Counted from the first letter of the whole stretch, positions 20,388 through 31,439 are shown. The stretch: 63,838 nt of DNA, filler included, from a bacterium (GCA_040757115.1; 15 parts of 15 records of this genome joined end to end with filler, not necessarily neighbours in it), one strand, 5' to 3'. Notes: a model not told the origin generated them from the letters alone. Numbers and translations: made by a program.

Positions 20388-21986
20388 ATGGAAAAACGAT
20401 TGTTATTAGCTATTGTCCTGTCTGTTTTAGTCCTTTTCTTGTATAATTTATTTTATTACAATGAGACGGTAAAAAGACAAAATTTAGTTAAAAAGCCAAT
20501 AAAAAAGGAAGAAATCCTTAAATTATTACCGAAAAAAACTACGGTTCAAGAGATAGAAAAACCTGGAGTGAAAATCAAGGAAGAGGAATTATTAATCAGA
20601 ACAAATTTAACCGCGATAAAATTAAGTCCTGATGGAAAAATTAGCAGCTGGAAATTATTTCAATTCAAAGAGAAAAACACTGACCTGGTAGAATTGGTTA
20701 ATCCACAGGGTAATCCTTCGTTAACTATTTTATTAGGGAATAATGAGCTTATCACGACTAACTTTTCAACATTAGACAATGGGATAAAGGAATTTGTTTA
20801 TCAGGTTGTAAATATGCCGCAGGTAGAAGTAATTAAACAATTTTCTTTTTACCCTGATTCTTATGCCATAGATGTCCATATAAAGGTCGTAAATAATTCA
20901 GAGATTCCTCTCGAAAAGCAAGATTTGTTATTGCAATGGGAAGTTCCTGCCAATCCTCGTTATGCTACCGCCTCTCATTCAACTATTCTTGGTCAAGAGT
21001 GTTTCCTCGATGGTAAAATGGAAAAAATTCAACATAAATCTAAAGGATTTTTAGATGGGATGTTGTCTGCAATAGGATTAATTCCCCCTACCACACCAGA
21101 AGATTCTGTCAGGATAAAAGAGGGTAAAATCGGTTGGATAGCTTGCGAGAGTCAATATTTCTTAAATATCTTGCTACCAACTAAATTTGTTGAAAAGGCT
21201 ATATTTACAAAAAAACTCGATGGCCAATTAATAATGGGTTTAGTCATTCCTGAAGTCCATCTTTTGCCTGGCAAAACTTGCTCTTTTAATTTTAGGATTT
21301 ATGGTGGACCCAAGGATATAGATATTCTAAAATCATTAACCTTTGGGGCAGAAAGATTAACAGGAATAGATGTTTTAGCCGGAGTAATCCGTTTTATCTT
21401 AAAAAAACTTTATAACCTGACTCATAATTATGGAATTGCTATTATTCTTTTAACCTTTATTATTAAAATTTTACTCCATCCATTGACCAGGAAAAATTTT
21501 ATCATAATGAAAGATATGCAAAAGAAAATGAAGGCACTTCATCCTGAATTAGAGAAATTAAAGGAAAAACATAAAGAAGACAAAGAAACCTTAAATCGTG
21601 AGATGATGGAGCTTTATAAAAGATATAAGGTTAATCCCTTAGGTGGCTGTTTGCCAATGCTTTTGCAAATGCCGGTATTTTTTGCCTTATTTAATGCCTT
21701 GAAACAGTGTATAGAATTAAGAGGGGCGAATTTTCTTATCTGGCAGGATTTATCTTCACAAGACCCATTTTTTATCCTGCCAATTTTAATGGGGGCAACA
21801 ATGTTTATCCAACAAAAAATGACTCCAACAACAGACCCTAATCAGGCTAAAATAGGACAACTGATGACTATATTTTTTACATTTATCTTCTTGAGTTTCC
21901 CGGTTGGTTTAGTTTTATACTGGCTGATTCAAAATATACTCACTATCGGTGAGCAATATTTAATTAATAAAGGAATAGAAAAGTAA
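20388..21986 (+). CDS. yidC: Membrane protein insertase YidC (long periplasmic domain)
   Basis: MEKRLLLAIVLS, NYGIAIILLT, NPLGGCLPMLLQMPVF, GLVLYW. Confidence 0.96.
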   Translation: MEKRLLLAIVLSVLVLFLYNLFYYNETVKRQNLVKKPIKKEEILKLLPKKTTVQEIEKPGVKIKEEELLIRTNLTAIKLSPDGKISSWKLFQFKEKNTDLVELVNPQGNPSLTILLGNNELITTNFSTLDNGIKEFVYQVVNMPQVEVIKQFSFYPDSYAIDVHIKVVNNSEIPLEKQDLLLQWEVPANPRYATASHSTILGQECFLDGKMEKIQHKSKGFLDGMLSAIGLIPPTTPEDSVRIKEGKIGWIACESQYFLNILLPTKFVEKAIFTKKLDGQLIMGLVIPEVHLLPGKTCSFNFRIYGGPKDIDILKSLTFGAERLTGIDVLAGVIRFILKKLYNLTHNYGIAIILLTFIIKILLHPLTRKNFIIMKDMQKKMKALHPELEKLKEKHKEDKETLNREMMELYKRYKVNPLGGCLPMLLQMPVFFALFNALKQCIELRGANFLIWQDLSSQDPFFILPILMGATMFIQQKMTPTTDPNQAKIGQLMTIFFTFIFLSFPVGLVLYWLIQNILTIGEQYLINKGIEK

Positions 21987-22052
21987 CTGGTAATTGGTAA
22001 CTTATTACCATTTAACCAGTTACCAGTTACCAAAAAATAGGAGGTAAAAATT

Positions 22053-22682
22053 ATGAGATTTGTAGAGGAAACAGGAAAAACGGCTGATGAGGCAATTGAG
22101 AAGGCATTGAAAACTTTAGGTGCGGCAAAAGAAGAGGTCAAGATTGAAGTAATGGAGGAAGAAAATAAAGGATTATTTGGTTTTGGAGCATCAAAATTGG
22201 TTAAGGTGAAGGTAAGTCTTTTTAAAAACAGTGGAATCGGCGAATTGAGTAAAGAAATATTAAGTCGGATTTTAGAATTAATGGAGATAAAAGCAGAGGT
22301 AATTATAAAAGAGACACCGGAAATAGTCAATTTAGAAATTAAAACTGATGATGCGGCTATTCTTATTGGCAAACGAGGACAAACACTTAATGCCCTTCAA
22401 GAAATTGTTACTTTGATATCTAATCAGAAAAGTGGCGGAGAACTCAAAAAAAGAATTGTTGTCGATACTGAAGACTACCGTATTAGACGAGCTGATGTCC
22501 TGATTGGTTTAGCCAGAAAAACGGCTCAAGATGTTATTAAAACAAGACAGAAGATTGAATTAGAACCAATGCCGTCCCAGGAACGATATGTTATTCACTC
22601 AACATTACAAAATCATCCTCAGGTAAAAACAGAAAGCGTCGGTGAGGGAATAGAACGAAGAGTGGTAATTTTACCTAAATAA
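22053..22682 (+). CDS. jag: Jag/KhpB (EloR) RNA-binding protein
   Basis: Jag_N, KH (LIGKRGQTLNALQ) and R3H (ERYVIH) domains. Confidence 0.92.
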   Translation: MRFVEETGKTADEAIEKALKTLGAAKEEVKIEVMEEENKGLFGFGASKLVKVKVSLFKNSGIGELSKEILSRILELMEIKAEVIIKETPEIVNLEIKTDDAAILIGKRGQTLNALQEIVTLISNQKSGGELKKRIVVDTEDYRIRRADVLIGLARKTAQDVIKTRQKIELEPMPSQERYVIHSTLQNHPQVKTESVGEGIERRVVILPK

Positions 22683-22686
22683 TGAG

Positions 22687-22975
22687 GTAACTATTCACCA
22701 CGAAGAGCACGAAGGACACGGAGGTGTTACAGAACAAATCTCTTTATGCCTTCTTTCAATCTTTCCACATTGAAATTTATCAATAGACCAACCTTGATAT
22801 TTGCCAATTTCATATATGGTAATGGGTCAGTGAAATGGGGGATTCTCCTGAAAGTAGGAAGTAGGAGAGTAGGAAAGTAGGAAAGGGGGAGACATTGCCC
22901 CCAGAAGAGGAATACTGTGCACATCCTTTATCCCTTTCCTACTTACCTACTACCTACTTGCCTACTATTTTCATT
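22687..22975 (-). pseudogene. MITE end with GxxExxY C-terminal remnant interrupted by other repeats
   Basis: GTAACTATTCACC end; [22 protein letters not shown]; adjacent block also present inverted at ~53145-53245. Confidence 0.7.
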
Positions 22976-23099
22976 GCTTTGTCCTCCGCAGGTTAATGTT
23001 CATTTCCCCAAATAACTGACGTATTACATCGGTCTTTATCACATAACATTCGGCTAATCTTAAAACTTCCTCTTTGGCTCCCTTTAGCGAGATTTTTCC

Positions 23100-23128
23100 T
23101 TGACAATAATGGCTTAAAGGGTTATAAT
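23100..23128 (+). promoter_or_regulatory. Consensus sigma-70 promoter of the surface-protein operon
   Basis: TTGACA-17-TATAAT. Confidence 0.8.
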
Positions 23129-23259
23129 GTAAAAAATCGATAAAAAGTAAAAAATTTAACTAATTACTTTCTCTATTTATAGTTATAAGCGATAGTAGAA
23201 ATTAAGATAATATTTTTGGGGCGGGGAATACTTTAAATTATGAGAATCTGTAAGTAGTT

Positions 23260-26200
23260 ATGAAAAGGAAAGATAATATATTAATCTTATGGATAATATT
23301 ACTCATACTTTTAATACCTAAATGTATTAATGCAGAACAATTTCAAGATAGCTTCACTCAGCCAGATGGTCCTGCAAAGAATTGGGAACCTAACCATAGA
23401 TGGGGAGTATGGCAGATTGAGAGTAAAGAATATAGTGGTTGTTCCGCAGCAGATGAACCATGTTATACCTTTACGGGTGATAAAAGATGGACTGATTATA
23501 CCTTTCAAGTAAGATGTAAATTAATAGAGGGTGTTTCTCCTGAAAGAATAGGAATTGTTTTTAGAGCTACTGATCCTAATAATCTATATCGGTTTCGTTT
23601 CTTAGGAGGGACATATCAATGGTTAGATTTATATGTAAGAAAAGAAGGACAATGGACTCAACTTGGTGCCACAAAACCATATACTATTAATTTTAATACA
23701 TGGTATACCTTTAAAGTAGAAATTCAAGATGAAGGTTCGGGTGTAAGGATAAAATGTTATGTTAATGATGTAGAACAAATAAATTATTTAGAGGCACCAA
23801 GAACTTTCTCTTCCGGTAGAATTGGTTTATATAATTGGCAAAGCCATACTCATTTTGATGATGTGATTGTTATCTCCCCCGGAGGTAGTCCTCTATTTGA
23901 AGATACCTTTACAGAGCCAGATGGTCCTGCAGGTAACTGGGAGCCCGTAGAACCTATAGTTAAATGGGAGATCGAAGAGCAAGAGTATAGTGGCTTTGCC
24001 TCTGCAAATCAAGAAGGTTATACCTTTGCAGGGAATACCTCTTGGACTAATTATTCTTATGAGGCAAGATGTAAATTAATAGAAGGAGTCTCCCCAGAGC
24101 GTATAGGAATTGTTTTTAGAGCTACTGATAGATATAATCTCTATCGGTTTCGTTTCTTAGGCGGAAGTTACCAACAATTAGATTTATATGTAAGAAGAAA
24201 TGGTGCGTGGACATATCTTGGCAGGAAACAACCCTATAATCTTAATTTTAATGAGTGGTATACATTTAGAGTTGAAGTCCAAGATGAAGGTGCTGGTGTA
24301 AGAATAAAATGTTATGTTAATAATGTAGAGCAAATAAATGTCCTCGAAAACCCAAAAACATTCTCATCCGGAAGAATTGGGCTATATACTTATCAGAGTC
24401 ATAACCATTTTGATGATGTAAAAGTAACCTCCATTCCTACGGGTACTATTTTATTTGAAGATACCTTTACAGAACCAAATGGTCCTGCAATTAACTGGGA
24501 ATTTGAAGGTATACAACCTATATGGTGGGTTGAAAGTCAGGAGTATAGCGCCTATACATCAAAATGGGAAAGTGCATTCTCCTTTGCAGGAAGAACTACC
24601 TGGTCAGATTATTCATATCAAGCAAGATGTAAATTAATAGAAGGGACATCCCCTGAACGTCTAGGAATTTGTTTTAGAGCTACAGACCAATACAATCTCT
24701 ATCTTTTATACTATATCGGAGGAAGTTATAAACGGTTATATTTATATAGAATAGAAGATGGTTCCTGGAGTAATCTTAGGAATGTATCGTATACCCTTAC
24801 TCCTGATGTCTGGTATACCTTCAAAGTGGAAGTTCAAGATGAAGGTAGTGGCGTAAGGATAAAATGTTATGTTAATGATGTAGAAAGAATAAATTATTTA
24901 GAGTCACCAAGAACTTTCTCTTCCGGAAGAATTGGGTTATATAATTATCAGTGCCATTCACATTTTGATGATGTAATTGTAACCTTATTTAAACCTGTAA
25001 TCAATAGTCTCACTGTAACCCCTGATCCTACTGGAGTGCAGCCAGTAGGTGGCTTAGAGTTTAAAATAGTATTTAGCGAGAGTATGGATACAGGTGTAGA
25101 GCCTACCGTAACCTACGATCCTCAAGGACCTACTGGACCTCAACCATGTACTGGTGGAAGTTGGTCAACTACTACCAATACTAATGATACCTATATTGTC
25201 TACAACAATAATCCTATTATTTCTACTACTGGCGATGGCGTAGCAACTATATTAGTTTCCGGGGCACAGAATTTAGCAGCCGTGGTAATGGATGATGATA
25301 CAACTTATTTCTTCAATATAGATGCGGCTAATAATCCTCCTAATCCACCTACTACTGGATTCTTTCCATCTCAAGGTACTACTTCTACTACACAGACTCC
25401 AACCATAAGATGGAATTATGCCTCTGATCCTGATCCTGCTGATATACCCGATACATTACATTATGTTTTAAGACTTGATGATGATGGGGAGGTTATTACA
25501 AACTACGATTATGAATATACCACATTAGATGGAGTATGCATATCTACAATAACTAATACATTAGCTAATAAGACATATTGGTACTATGCGATAAAGACGG
25601 TTGATGATGAATTAGCAGAATCAAGTTGGTCAACTATTCAAAATTTTTATATTAACGCTCCACCTACAGTCAGTTCAATCATCCCAAATACTGGTGTAAA
25701 TACAGGAACCCTATCTACTACTATTACTGGAACTAACTTCCAATCAGGTGCTACTGCTACCTTAACTCGTGCTGGTCAACCTGATATTATTGGAACTACT
25801 ACATTCATAAGCTCTGGAACACTGACTGCTATATTTGACCTAACAGGTGCACAACCTGGAGTCTGGAGTGTAGTGGTAATAAATCCTGATGGTCAATCAG
25901 GCACCCTGACTGATGGATTTACTATTATCGACGCAAATATTATCGTGACTAAAGATATGATTATTAATCATACATGGGATAGCGGGACAAATACTGTCCC
26001 CGGAGCTACTATAATATATATCATTACATATACTAACAATGGTAATGATACTGCAGGTTCGGTTACTATTACAGATAAACTAATGAATTATGCCAGCTAT
26101 GCTACTAATAGCTTGAGGATAGGAACATCAGGCTCTACTTATGAAAGTGCTACCCCTAAGACAGATGCAAAAGATATAGAATCTGGTGGTAGTGCAGACT

Positions 26201-26295
26201 GGAATGTAAGTAGTTCCCAAGCAGTAACATTTGAACTTGGGAGTATTCCTGTTGGTGCATCAGGCAGGCTTTACTTTAAGATTAGAGTTGACTAA
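23260..26295 (+). CDS. Secreted protein: three DUF1080/ConA-like beta-sandwich repeats, Ig/FN3-like and IPT/TIG domains, C-terminal DUF11; putative fimbrial tip adhesin
   Basis: Signal peptide; three repeats ending FSSGRIGLY...HFDDV; IIVTK...PGATIIYIITYTNNG...TITDKL...RLYFKIRVD. Confidence 0.8.
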   Translation: MKRKDNILILWIILLILLIPKCINAEQFQDSFTQPDGPAKNWEPNHRWGVWQIESKEYSGCSAADEPCYTFTGDKRWTDYTFQVRCKLIEGVSPERIGIVFRATDPNNLYRFRFLGGTYQWLDLYVRKEGQWTQLGATKPYTINFNTWYTFKVEIQDEGSGVRIKCYVNDVEQINYLEAPRTFSSGRIGLYNWQSHTHFDDVIVISPGGSPLFEDTFTEPDGPAGNWEPVEPIVKWEIEEQEYSGFASANQEGYTFAGNTSWTNYSYEARCKLIEGVSPERIGIVFRATDRYNLYRFRFLGGSYQQLDLYVRRNGAWTYLGRKQPYNLNFNEWYTFRVEVQDEGAGVRIKCYVNNVEQINVLENPKTFSSGRIGLYTYQSHNHFDDVKVTSIPTGTILFEDTFTEPNGPAINWEFEGIQPIWWVESQEYSAYTSKWESAFSFAGRTTWSDYSYQARCKLIEGTSPERLGICFRATDQYNLYLLYYIGGSYKRLYLYRIEDGSWSNLRNVSYTLTPDVWYTFKVEVQDEGSGVRIKCYVNDVERINYLESPRTFSSGRIGLYNYQCHSHFDDVIVTLFKPVINSLTVTPDPTGVQPVGGLEFKIVFSESMDTGVEPTVTYDPQGPTGPQPCTGGSWSTTTNTNDTYIVYNNNPIISTTGDGVATILVSGAQNLAAVVMDDDTTYFFNIDAANNPPNPPTTGFFPSQGTTSTTQTPTIRWNYASDPDPADIPDTLHYVLRLDDDGEVITNYDYEYTTLDGVCISTITNTLANKTYWYYAIKTVDDELAESSWSTIQNFYINAPPTVSSIIPNTGVNTGTLSTTITGTNFQSGATATLTRAGQPDIIGTTTFISSGTLTAIFDLTGAQPGVWSVVVINPDGQSGTLTDGFTIIDANIIVTKDMIINHTWDSGTNTVPGATIIYIITYTNNGNDTAGSVTITDKLMNYASYATNSLRIGTSGSTYESATPKTDAKDIESGGSADWNVSSSQAVTFELGSIPVGASGRLYFKIRVD

Positions 26296-26320
26296 AGTAA
26301 TCGTTTGTAGTAATTAATAA

Positions 26321-26541
26321 TATAGCACTTATTAATCGAAATTTGAGCCAGATATGGCTATGGAATTCCAAATCACAAATTCCAAATTCCAAACAAATTC
26401 GAATGACCAAAATTCAAAACATTACTCCCATAGTTTGGTATTTAGTACTTGAAATTTGGTGCTTATTTGAGATTTGATGCTTGAGATTTGGGATTTTTTA
26501 CTTATTCACCCTGAGTAAAATTTTGACTAATAACTGCTATA
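26321..26541. mobile_element. Small inverted-repeat-bounded element filled with heptamer repeats
   Basis: TATAGCACTTATT...AATAACTGCTATA ends (IS630-like appearance); internal AAATTCC/AAATCAC units. Confidence 0.5.
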
Positions 26542-26663
26542 TGGAGTACGAAAACTTGCTTTCGCTTTGCTCAAAGCGGTGGCAAGCCACCGCACTCCCA
26601 AAAGGGAACACACTTTTGCAAAAGCCATAATGCGGTCACTACCAACGAAAGGAGAAAAAAATC

Positions 26664-28226
26664 ATGCCTGACCAAAAATTACTAATATTTTTAATCTTTA
26701 CCACCTTCCTGAATATAGATATTGCTTTTGGAAAAGACAATTCCATGAGTAGCAAGACTAATATTGCCTTGCATAAATCAGTAATCGGTAGTTTTGAACA
26801 CAAAACAAATGCCACTGACGGCAATAATGAGTCTTTAGCTACTTCTCAAGATGTTACTGTATCTTCCCAATATTTAATCATTGACCTGGGCAAGCCTTAT
26901 TACATCAATTTAGTAAGGATATTTTGGGATAAAGAAAGAGTTAGCAGTAACTATCAAATAAAGACAAGCATGGATTTCATCAATTGGACTAAAGTTGCAA
27001 GAGATATGGATGGAACAACGGGTGAAGTAAAAGGGAATATGATTATAAAAGATACATCATGTGAAGGAATAGCTGCTCAATATATACAGCTATTTATTCC
27101 TAAAGGGTTAAGTGGTGTAATTAAAGAAAGCCAAGTAGCAGAATTACAGGTCTTCCCTGCCACTGAAATGAATGTTCAGATTGATGAAATAACCGCTACT
27201 GATATTACGGATAATAGTGTTAAAATTTTGTGGAAAACGAATATAGAAACTACGGGACAGGTACAGTATACTCCTACTTATGAGAATAAGAAGAATATCT
27301 CACTAAGCCTCGCTTCTGAAACTGACCATAACATACGCTTGAAAAACTTACTTCCAGGAACTACCTATTACTATCAAATAACAGCAAAGGATTATTATGG
27401 AAATTTAACTTTATCCGATTCCCATACCTTTACTACTACGGGTATTCCATTACCATTATTCTCAAGTATTGAAGTATCACAAGTATCTGAAACAACTACT
27501 GTTATAAACTGGATAACTAATGTACCAACCACCTCAGAACTTAGGTATGGAACAGATACCAATTATAAAAAAGGTATCTTGATAAATAAAAATCTTCTAC
27601 TTACTCATAATGCAGAGTTGAGTAGTCTTAGACCAAGTACAGTATATCATTTTGAAATAAGTGCAAAAGATGAATTTGGGCATAGAATAGTCTCAAAAGA
27701 TATTACATTTACTACATTAGAGAATAACATTGCCTTAAGAAAGTCAGTAACAGGTACATTTATTCATTGTCCTGATAAAAGATATATTTCACAAAAGACA
27801 GAATTTATCTCTCGTGTGACAGATGACTCAACAAGCTATTTTACAGGCATGGCTACCTCTGGTGATATTACTTTGGAAGACCAATATGTAATCATTGACA
27901 TTGGTAAAAAGTATCCTATTGATAAGATAATTGCCTATTGGCGAAGTTTAGCATATAGTCAAGATTATACCATTAAAGTAAGTTTGGACGGTACTGACTG
28001 GACTATTATTGATACAGGAATTAGTGGTGATGATGGTGTAAATGGTAGGTCTGATACTGGAGATCCAATGAAGATTGTCAGTACACCATGTGATGGAGTG
28101 GAGGCACAGTATGTACAGCTATTTATAGCTAAAGGTAGTGTTTATTACCATAAGCACAAGGAATGGAGATTTGTGCAGTTGATGGAATTAAAGGTCTATG
28201 GTATTTGGAAAGGAGGAGGTGAGTAA
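26664..28226 (+). CDS. Secreted discoidin (F5/8 type C)-FN3-FN3-discoidin protein
   Basis: NIALxKSV...IIDLGK...W...Y.IKxSxDxxxWT twice, flanking two WxTN...H...LxxLxPxTxYxY domains. Confidence 0.8.
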   Translation: MPDQKLLIFLIFTTFLNIDIAFGKDNSMSSKTNIALHKSVIGSFEHKTNATDGNNESLATSQDVTVSSQYLIIDLGKPYYINLVRIFWDKERVSSNYQIKTSMDFINWTKVARDMDGTTGEVKGNMIIKDTSCEGIAAQYIQLFIPKGLSGVIKESQVAELQVFPATEMNVQIDEITATDITDNSVKILWKTNIETTGQVQYTPTYENKKNISLSLASETDHNIRLKNLLPGTTYYYQITAKDYYGNLTLSDSHTFTTTGIPLPLFSSIEVSQVSETTTVINWITNVPTTSELRYGTDTNYKKGILINKNLLLTHNAELSSLRPSTVYHFEISAKDEFGHRIVSKDITFTTLENNIALRKSVTGTFIHCPDKRYISQKTEFISRVTDDSTSYFTGMATSGDITLEDQYVIIDIGKKYPIDKIIAYWRSLAYSQDYTIKVSLDGTDWTIIDTGISGDDGVNGRSDTGDPMKIVSTPCDGVEAQYVQLFIAKGSVYYHKHKEWRFVQLMELKVYGIWKGGGE

Positions 28227-28400
28227 ACTGTAAAATTAACCCCTTAACAGGGATAACATATTTTTGCCTTTTCAAGAAAATAGGCAAAGAGACAAAAAGA
28301 ATCTTAAAAAGAAAGGAGGTAGATAAAAAATGGCAAGGTCGGAAATGGAAAGGAAAAATCTTAAAAAGAAAGGAGGTGATAAAGAAATGCAAAATGCAAA

Positions 28401-29393
28401 ATGCAAAAAGGTTTCTTATTAGCTGTGCTAAGCTTAGGGCTAATGATGATTTTAGCCCCAAAGACAGCAGATGCACAAGTAGGTACCAGTGGTACTACCG
28501 CAGGCTCAGAGATTATCAATGGTACTGATACAGGTACTATTGGTATAGCAGACCAGGCGGGAGACATTGTAGTCACCTATATGGTTGGTAGTGTAGGAAG
28601 AACCTCAACTACTGCATCAGTGTTAACTCGTGTTGTAGAACAGATATACGGTGGAGAATGGGGTACTCTTCCTGAAAATGGGACAGATACACCGGGTGCG
28701 GCAGTAGACTATCTCTATACACTGGAGAATAAAGGTAACGCTGCTGATACCTTTTACCTGTCACTGAATACTACTGGATTGCTAGTCGGCTGGACAGCGG
28801 AGATTCTAAAAGATGGTGTGGCGACGACTACTATTACCTTAGCTGAAGATGCAGAGGGAACATTTACGGTTAGAGTAACCATATCAGGGACGGCAGCAAA
28901 TCTTGAGACAGGCGCGGTGATTGTAACTGGCACAACTACGGATGATGGTGGGACATACACAGTTGGTAATTGGATTTACGGTGGGGCAGATACTCTTACT
29001 CATCGGGGAACAACTACTGCTTTAGCCGCTGTTGTAACCTTAACCAAGAGTATGGAGTATGCTACACCAACAGGGTATCTGGGTAATAACCGCTATGTAC
29101 CAGGTGGAACGATAACCTATATTATCACCTGCTACAATGCTGGTTCTTATACAGCAGGCTCTGTGACAATTACTGACAAGTTACCACTACATACGAGTTA
29201 TGCTACGGGAACATTAAGAATGGGTACTGCAGGTGATACTTACAATACTGCTGGCACGAAGACCGATGGATATGATAACCAAGGTACTTGGGATGCTGAT
29301 TGGAACGATAGTAATCAGATAGTACGATTTGAAATTGACACTATTGAGCCAGCTGAAACAGTAAAACTATACTTTAGAGTGTACATTAAGTAA
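28401..29393 (+). CDS. DUF11-containing secreted protein, putative fimbrial subunit 1
   Basis: Sec signal ending ADA; GTTAGSEIIN N-terminal segment; C-terminal VTLTK...PGGTITYII...TITDKLP...LYFRVYIK. Confidence 0.8.
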   Translation: MQKGFLLAVLSLGLMMILAPKTADAQVGTSGTTAGSEIINGTDTGTIGIADQAGDIVVTYMVGSVGRTSTTASVLTRVVEQIYGGEWGTLPENGTDTPGAAVDYLYTLENKGNAADTFYLSLNTTGLLVGWTAEILKDGVATTTITLAEDAEGTFTVRVTISGTAANLETGAVIVTGTTTDDGGTYTVGNWIYGGADTLTHRGTTTALAAVVTLTKSMEYATPTGYLGNNRYVPGGTITYIITCYNAGSYTAGSVTITDKLPLHTSYATGTLRMGTAGDTYNTAGTKTDGYDNQGTWDADWNDSNQIVRFEIDTIEPAETVKLYFRVYIK

Positions 29394-29684
29394 TTGAGAG
29401 TTAAAAGTAGATAGTTAAAAAAAAACTCATAACTTATATAACTCTATACTTGTGTCTGCTGTATGAATGGTAGAATTGTCTTCCCAAAAGGATAAAAGTG
29501 TCTAAAACTATCTTTGTGCATCAAAGGACAAATATAAAGGTAGGACTATCTCTAAGTGTAACTTTTTAGAGGCATAATTGCGACCTGTGCAGTTAAGATA
29601 AACCACGAAGGACACAAAGCCCACGAAGAAAAAATATGGTAACTATTCAGTAATTATTCCACCACAGATTAACACGGATAAATA

Positions 29685-29778
29685 GCAGAGGACAGAGGGC
29701 AGAAGGCAGAGGGCAGAGGACAGAGGGCAGAAGGCAGAGGGCAGAAGGCAGAGGGCAGAAGGCAGAGGGCAGAGGACA
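29685..29778 (+). repeat. Heptamer tandem array (GCAGAGG/GCAGAAG/ACAGAGG)n
   Basis: About 13 units directly visible, downstream of a GTAACTATTCAG end at 29639. Confidence 0.9.
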
Positions 29779-29997
29779 ACAGGAGAAAAAACCTTTAGCC
29801 TAATTACGGACACGGATACCGGACACGCCTCACAGATTACACACAGAGAGTAGAATGTTTATCCATTTTAACCCCTTATAAATAAAAGGGATAATATATA
29901 TTTTGCCATTGTCAAAAAGAAAGGAGGTAGATAAAAAATGGCAATTTCAAAAAGACAAAATGGGGAAAATCTTAAAAAGAAAGGAGGTGATAAAGGA

Positions 29998-30963
29998 ATG
30001 CAAAATGCAAAATGCAAAATGCAAAAAGGTTTCTCATTAGCTGTGCTAAGCTTAGGGCTGATGATGGTTTTAGCACCAGAGACAGTTAATGCACAAGTAG
30101 GGACGAGTGGGACGACTGCAAATACACAGATACTTAACATGGCAACTGCTACCTATGTAATAGGTGGTAACACCAGAACTACCACCACGAATATCTCTAT
30201 CACAGTAGGACAGATATACGGTGGTAGCTGGACTGTCCCGGCAGATAAGGATGGTATACCCAATGGAACGGTAGAGTATATCTATATTCTAGATAACGAG
30301 GGGAATGCCGCAGATACCTTTAACTTAACCTTAGGTACTACCAGTTTGCCAAGCGGTTGGACTGCCGAAATTCGAGTAAATGGTGTTGCGACGACTACTC
30401 TTACCTTAGCTGAAGATGCTGTTGGCACATTTGCAGTCAGAGTATCAATATCAGCTACGGCACAAAATGGTGATAAAGGGACGGTAAGTATAACAACAAC
30501 TACTACTGACGATGGTGGGACATATACGGTTGGTAATTGGATATACGGCGGGTTAGACTTGCTCAGCGACACAAGAACAACTACAGCACAGTCAGCAGTG
30601 ATAACTCTGACCAAAACTATTTATTCATACGGAACACCAACAGGATATGAAGGTAGTAACTCATATATACCAGGTGGGACGATAACTTACATGATTACCT
30701 ACCGCAATGAGGGTGCAGCCACAGCAACAGATGTGACAATTACTGATATAATCCCAGCTCATACAACTTATGCTCCGGAGACAATGAGAATAGGGACTTC
30801 AGGCGCTACCTATGAAAGTGCTAATGTCGAAGATGATGATGATGGAGAATCACCACCTTGTGCAAATTGGAACATTACCACTACTGGTGCAGTAACATTT
30901 AAACTGGGTGATGTTAGACCTAATGCAGAGGGAAGATTATTCTTTAGAGTATACATCAAGTAG
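29998..30963 (+). CDS. DUF11-containing secreted protein, putative major fimbrial subunit 2 (alternative in-frame starts 29938, 30019)
   Basis: Signal ending VNA; GTTANTQILNMATATY; ITLTK...TITDIIP...LFFRVYIK. Confidence 0.82.
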   Translation: MQNAKCKMQKGFSLAVLSLGLMMVLAPETVNAQVGTSGTTANTQILNMATATYVIGGNTRTTTTNISITVGQIYGGSWTVPADKDGIPNGTVEYIYILDNEGNAADTFNLTLGTTSLPSGWTAEIRVNGVATTTLTLAEDAVGTFAVRVSISATAQNGDKGTVSITTTTTDDGGTYTVGNWIYGGLDLLSDTRTTTAQSAVITLTKTIYSYGTPTGYEGSNSYIPGGTITYMITYRNEGAATATDVTITDIIPAHTTYAPETMRIGTSGATYESANVEDDDDGESPPCANWNITTTGAVTFKLGDVRPNAEGRLFFRVYIK

Positions 30964-31439
30964 TTAAAAGATGAGGGTTAAAAAAGTCATAGCTGGTGTA
31001 TGCAGTATCAAAACTATAGTTGTGTCCAATTTGTAGAGAGATTAGTGTGCGTAAAATAGTATTGTAGGTCGAGATTTATATCTTGACAAAAAGAGAGATT
31101 GTCGATGTTAGAAAAATCGACTTAGAGTGGAGGACTGCGTGCAATGAAGGGACAAAGGTGTCTTTGTATCCAGAAGAGGCTTGGAGTGTCTTTGAGAAGC
31201 TACCATTGTGCTTGTAAGAGGATGTAATGAAGGAAAAAGGGAAGAAGATGAAAAAAATCCCCTTTCCCCTAATTTCCCCTTACACACAAAGAGTAGAATG
31301 TTTATCCATTTAACCCCTTATAAATAAAAGGGATAATATATATTTTGCCATTGTCAAGAAGAAAGGAGGTAGATAAAAAATGGCAATTTCAAAAAAACAA
31401 AATGTAGAAAATTTTAGAAAGAAAGGAGGTGATAAAGAA

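Noticed and set aside
29685-29778. Possible CRISPR array
   Set aside because: Simple heptamer tandem array without spacers.
30019-30093. KGFSL/KGFLL resembling a type IV prepilin cleavage site
   Set aside because: No Glu at +5, and a normal h-region with a VNA/ADA signal peptidase I site follows.
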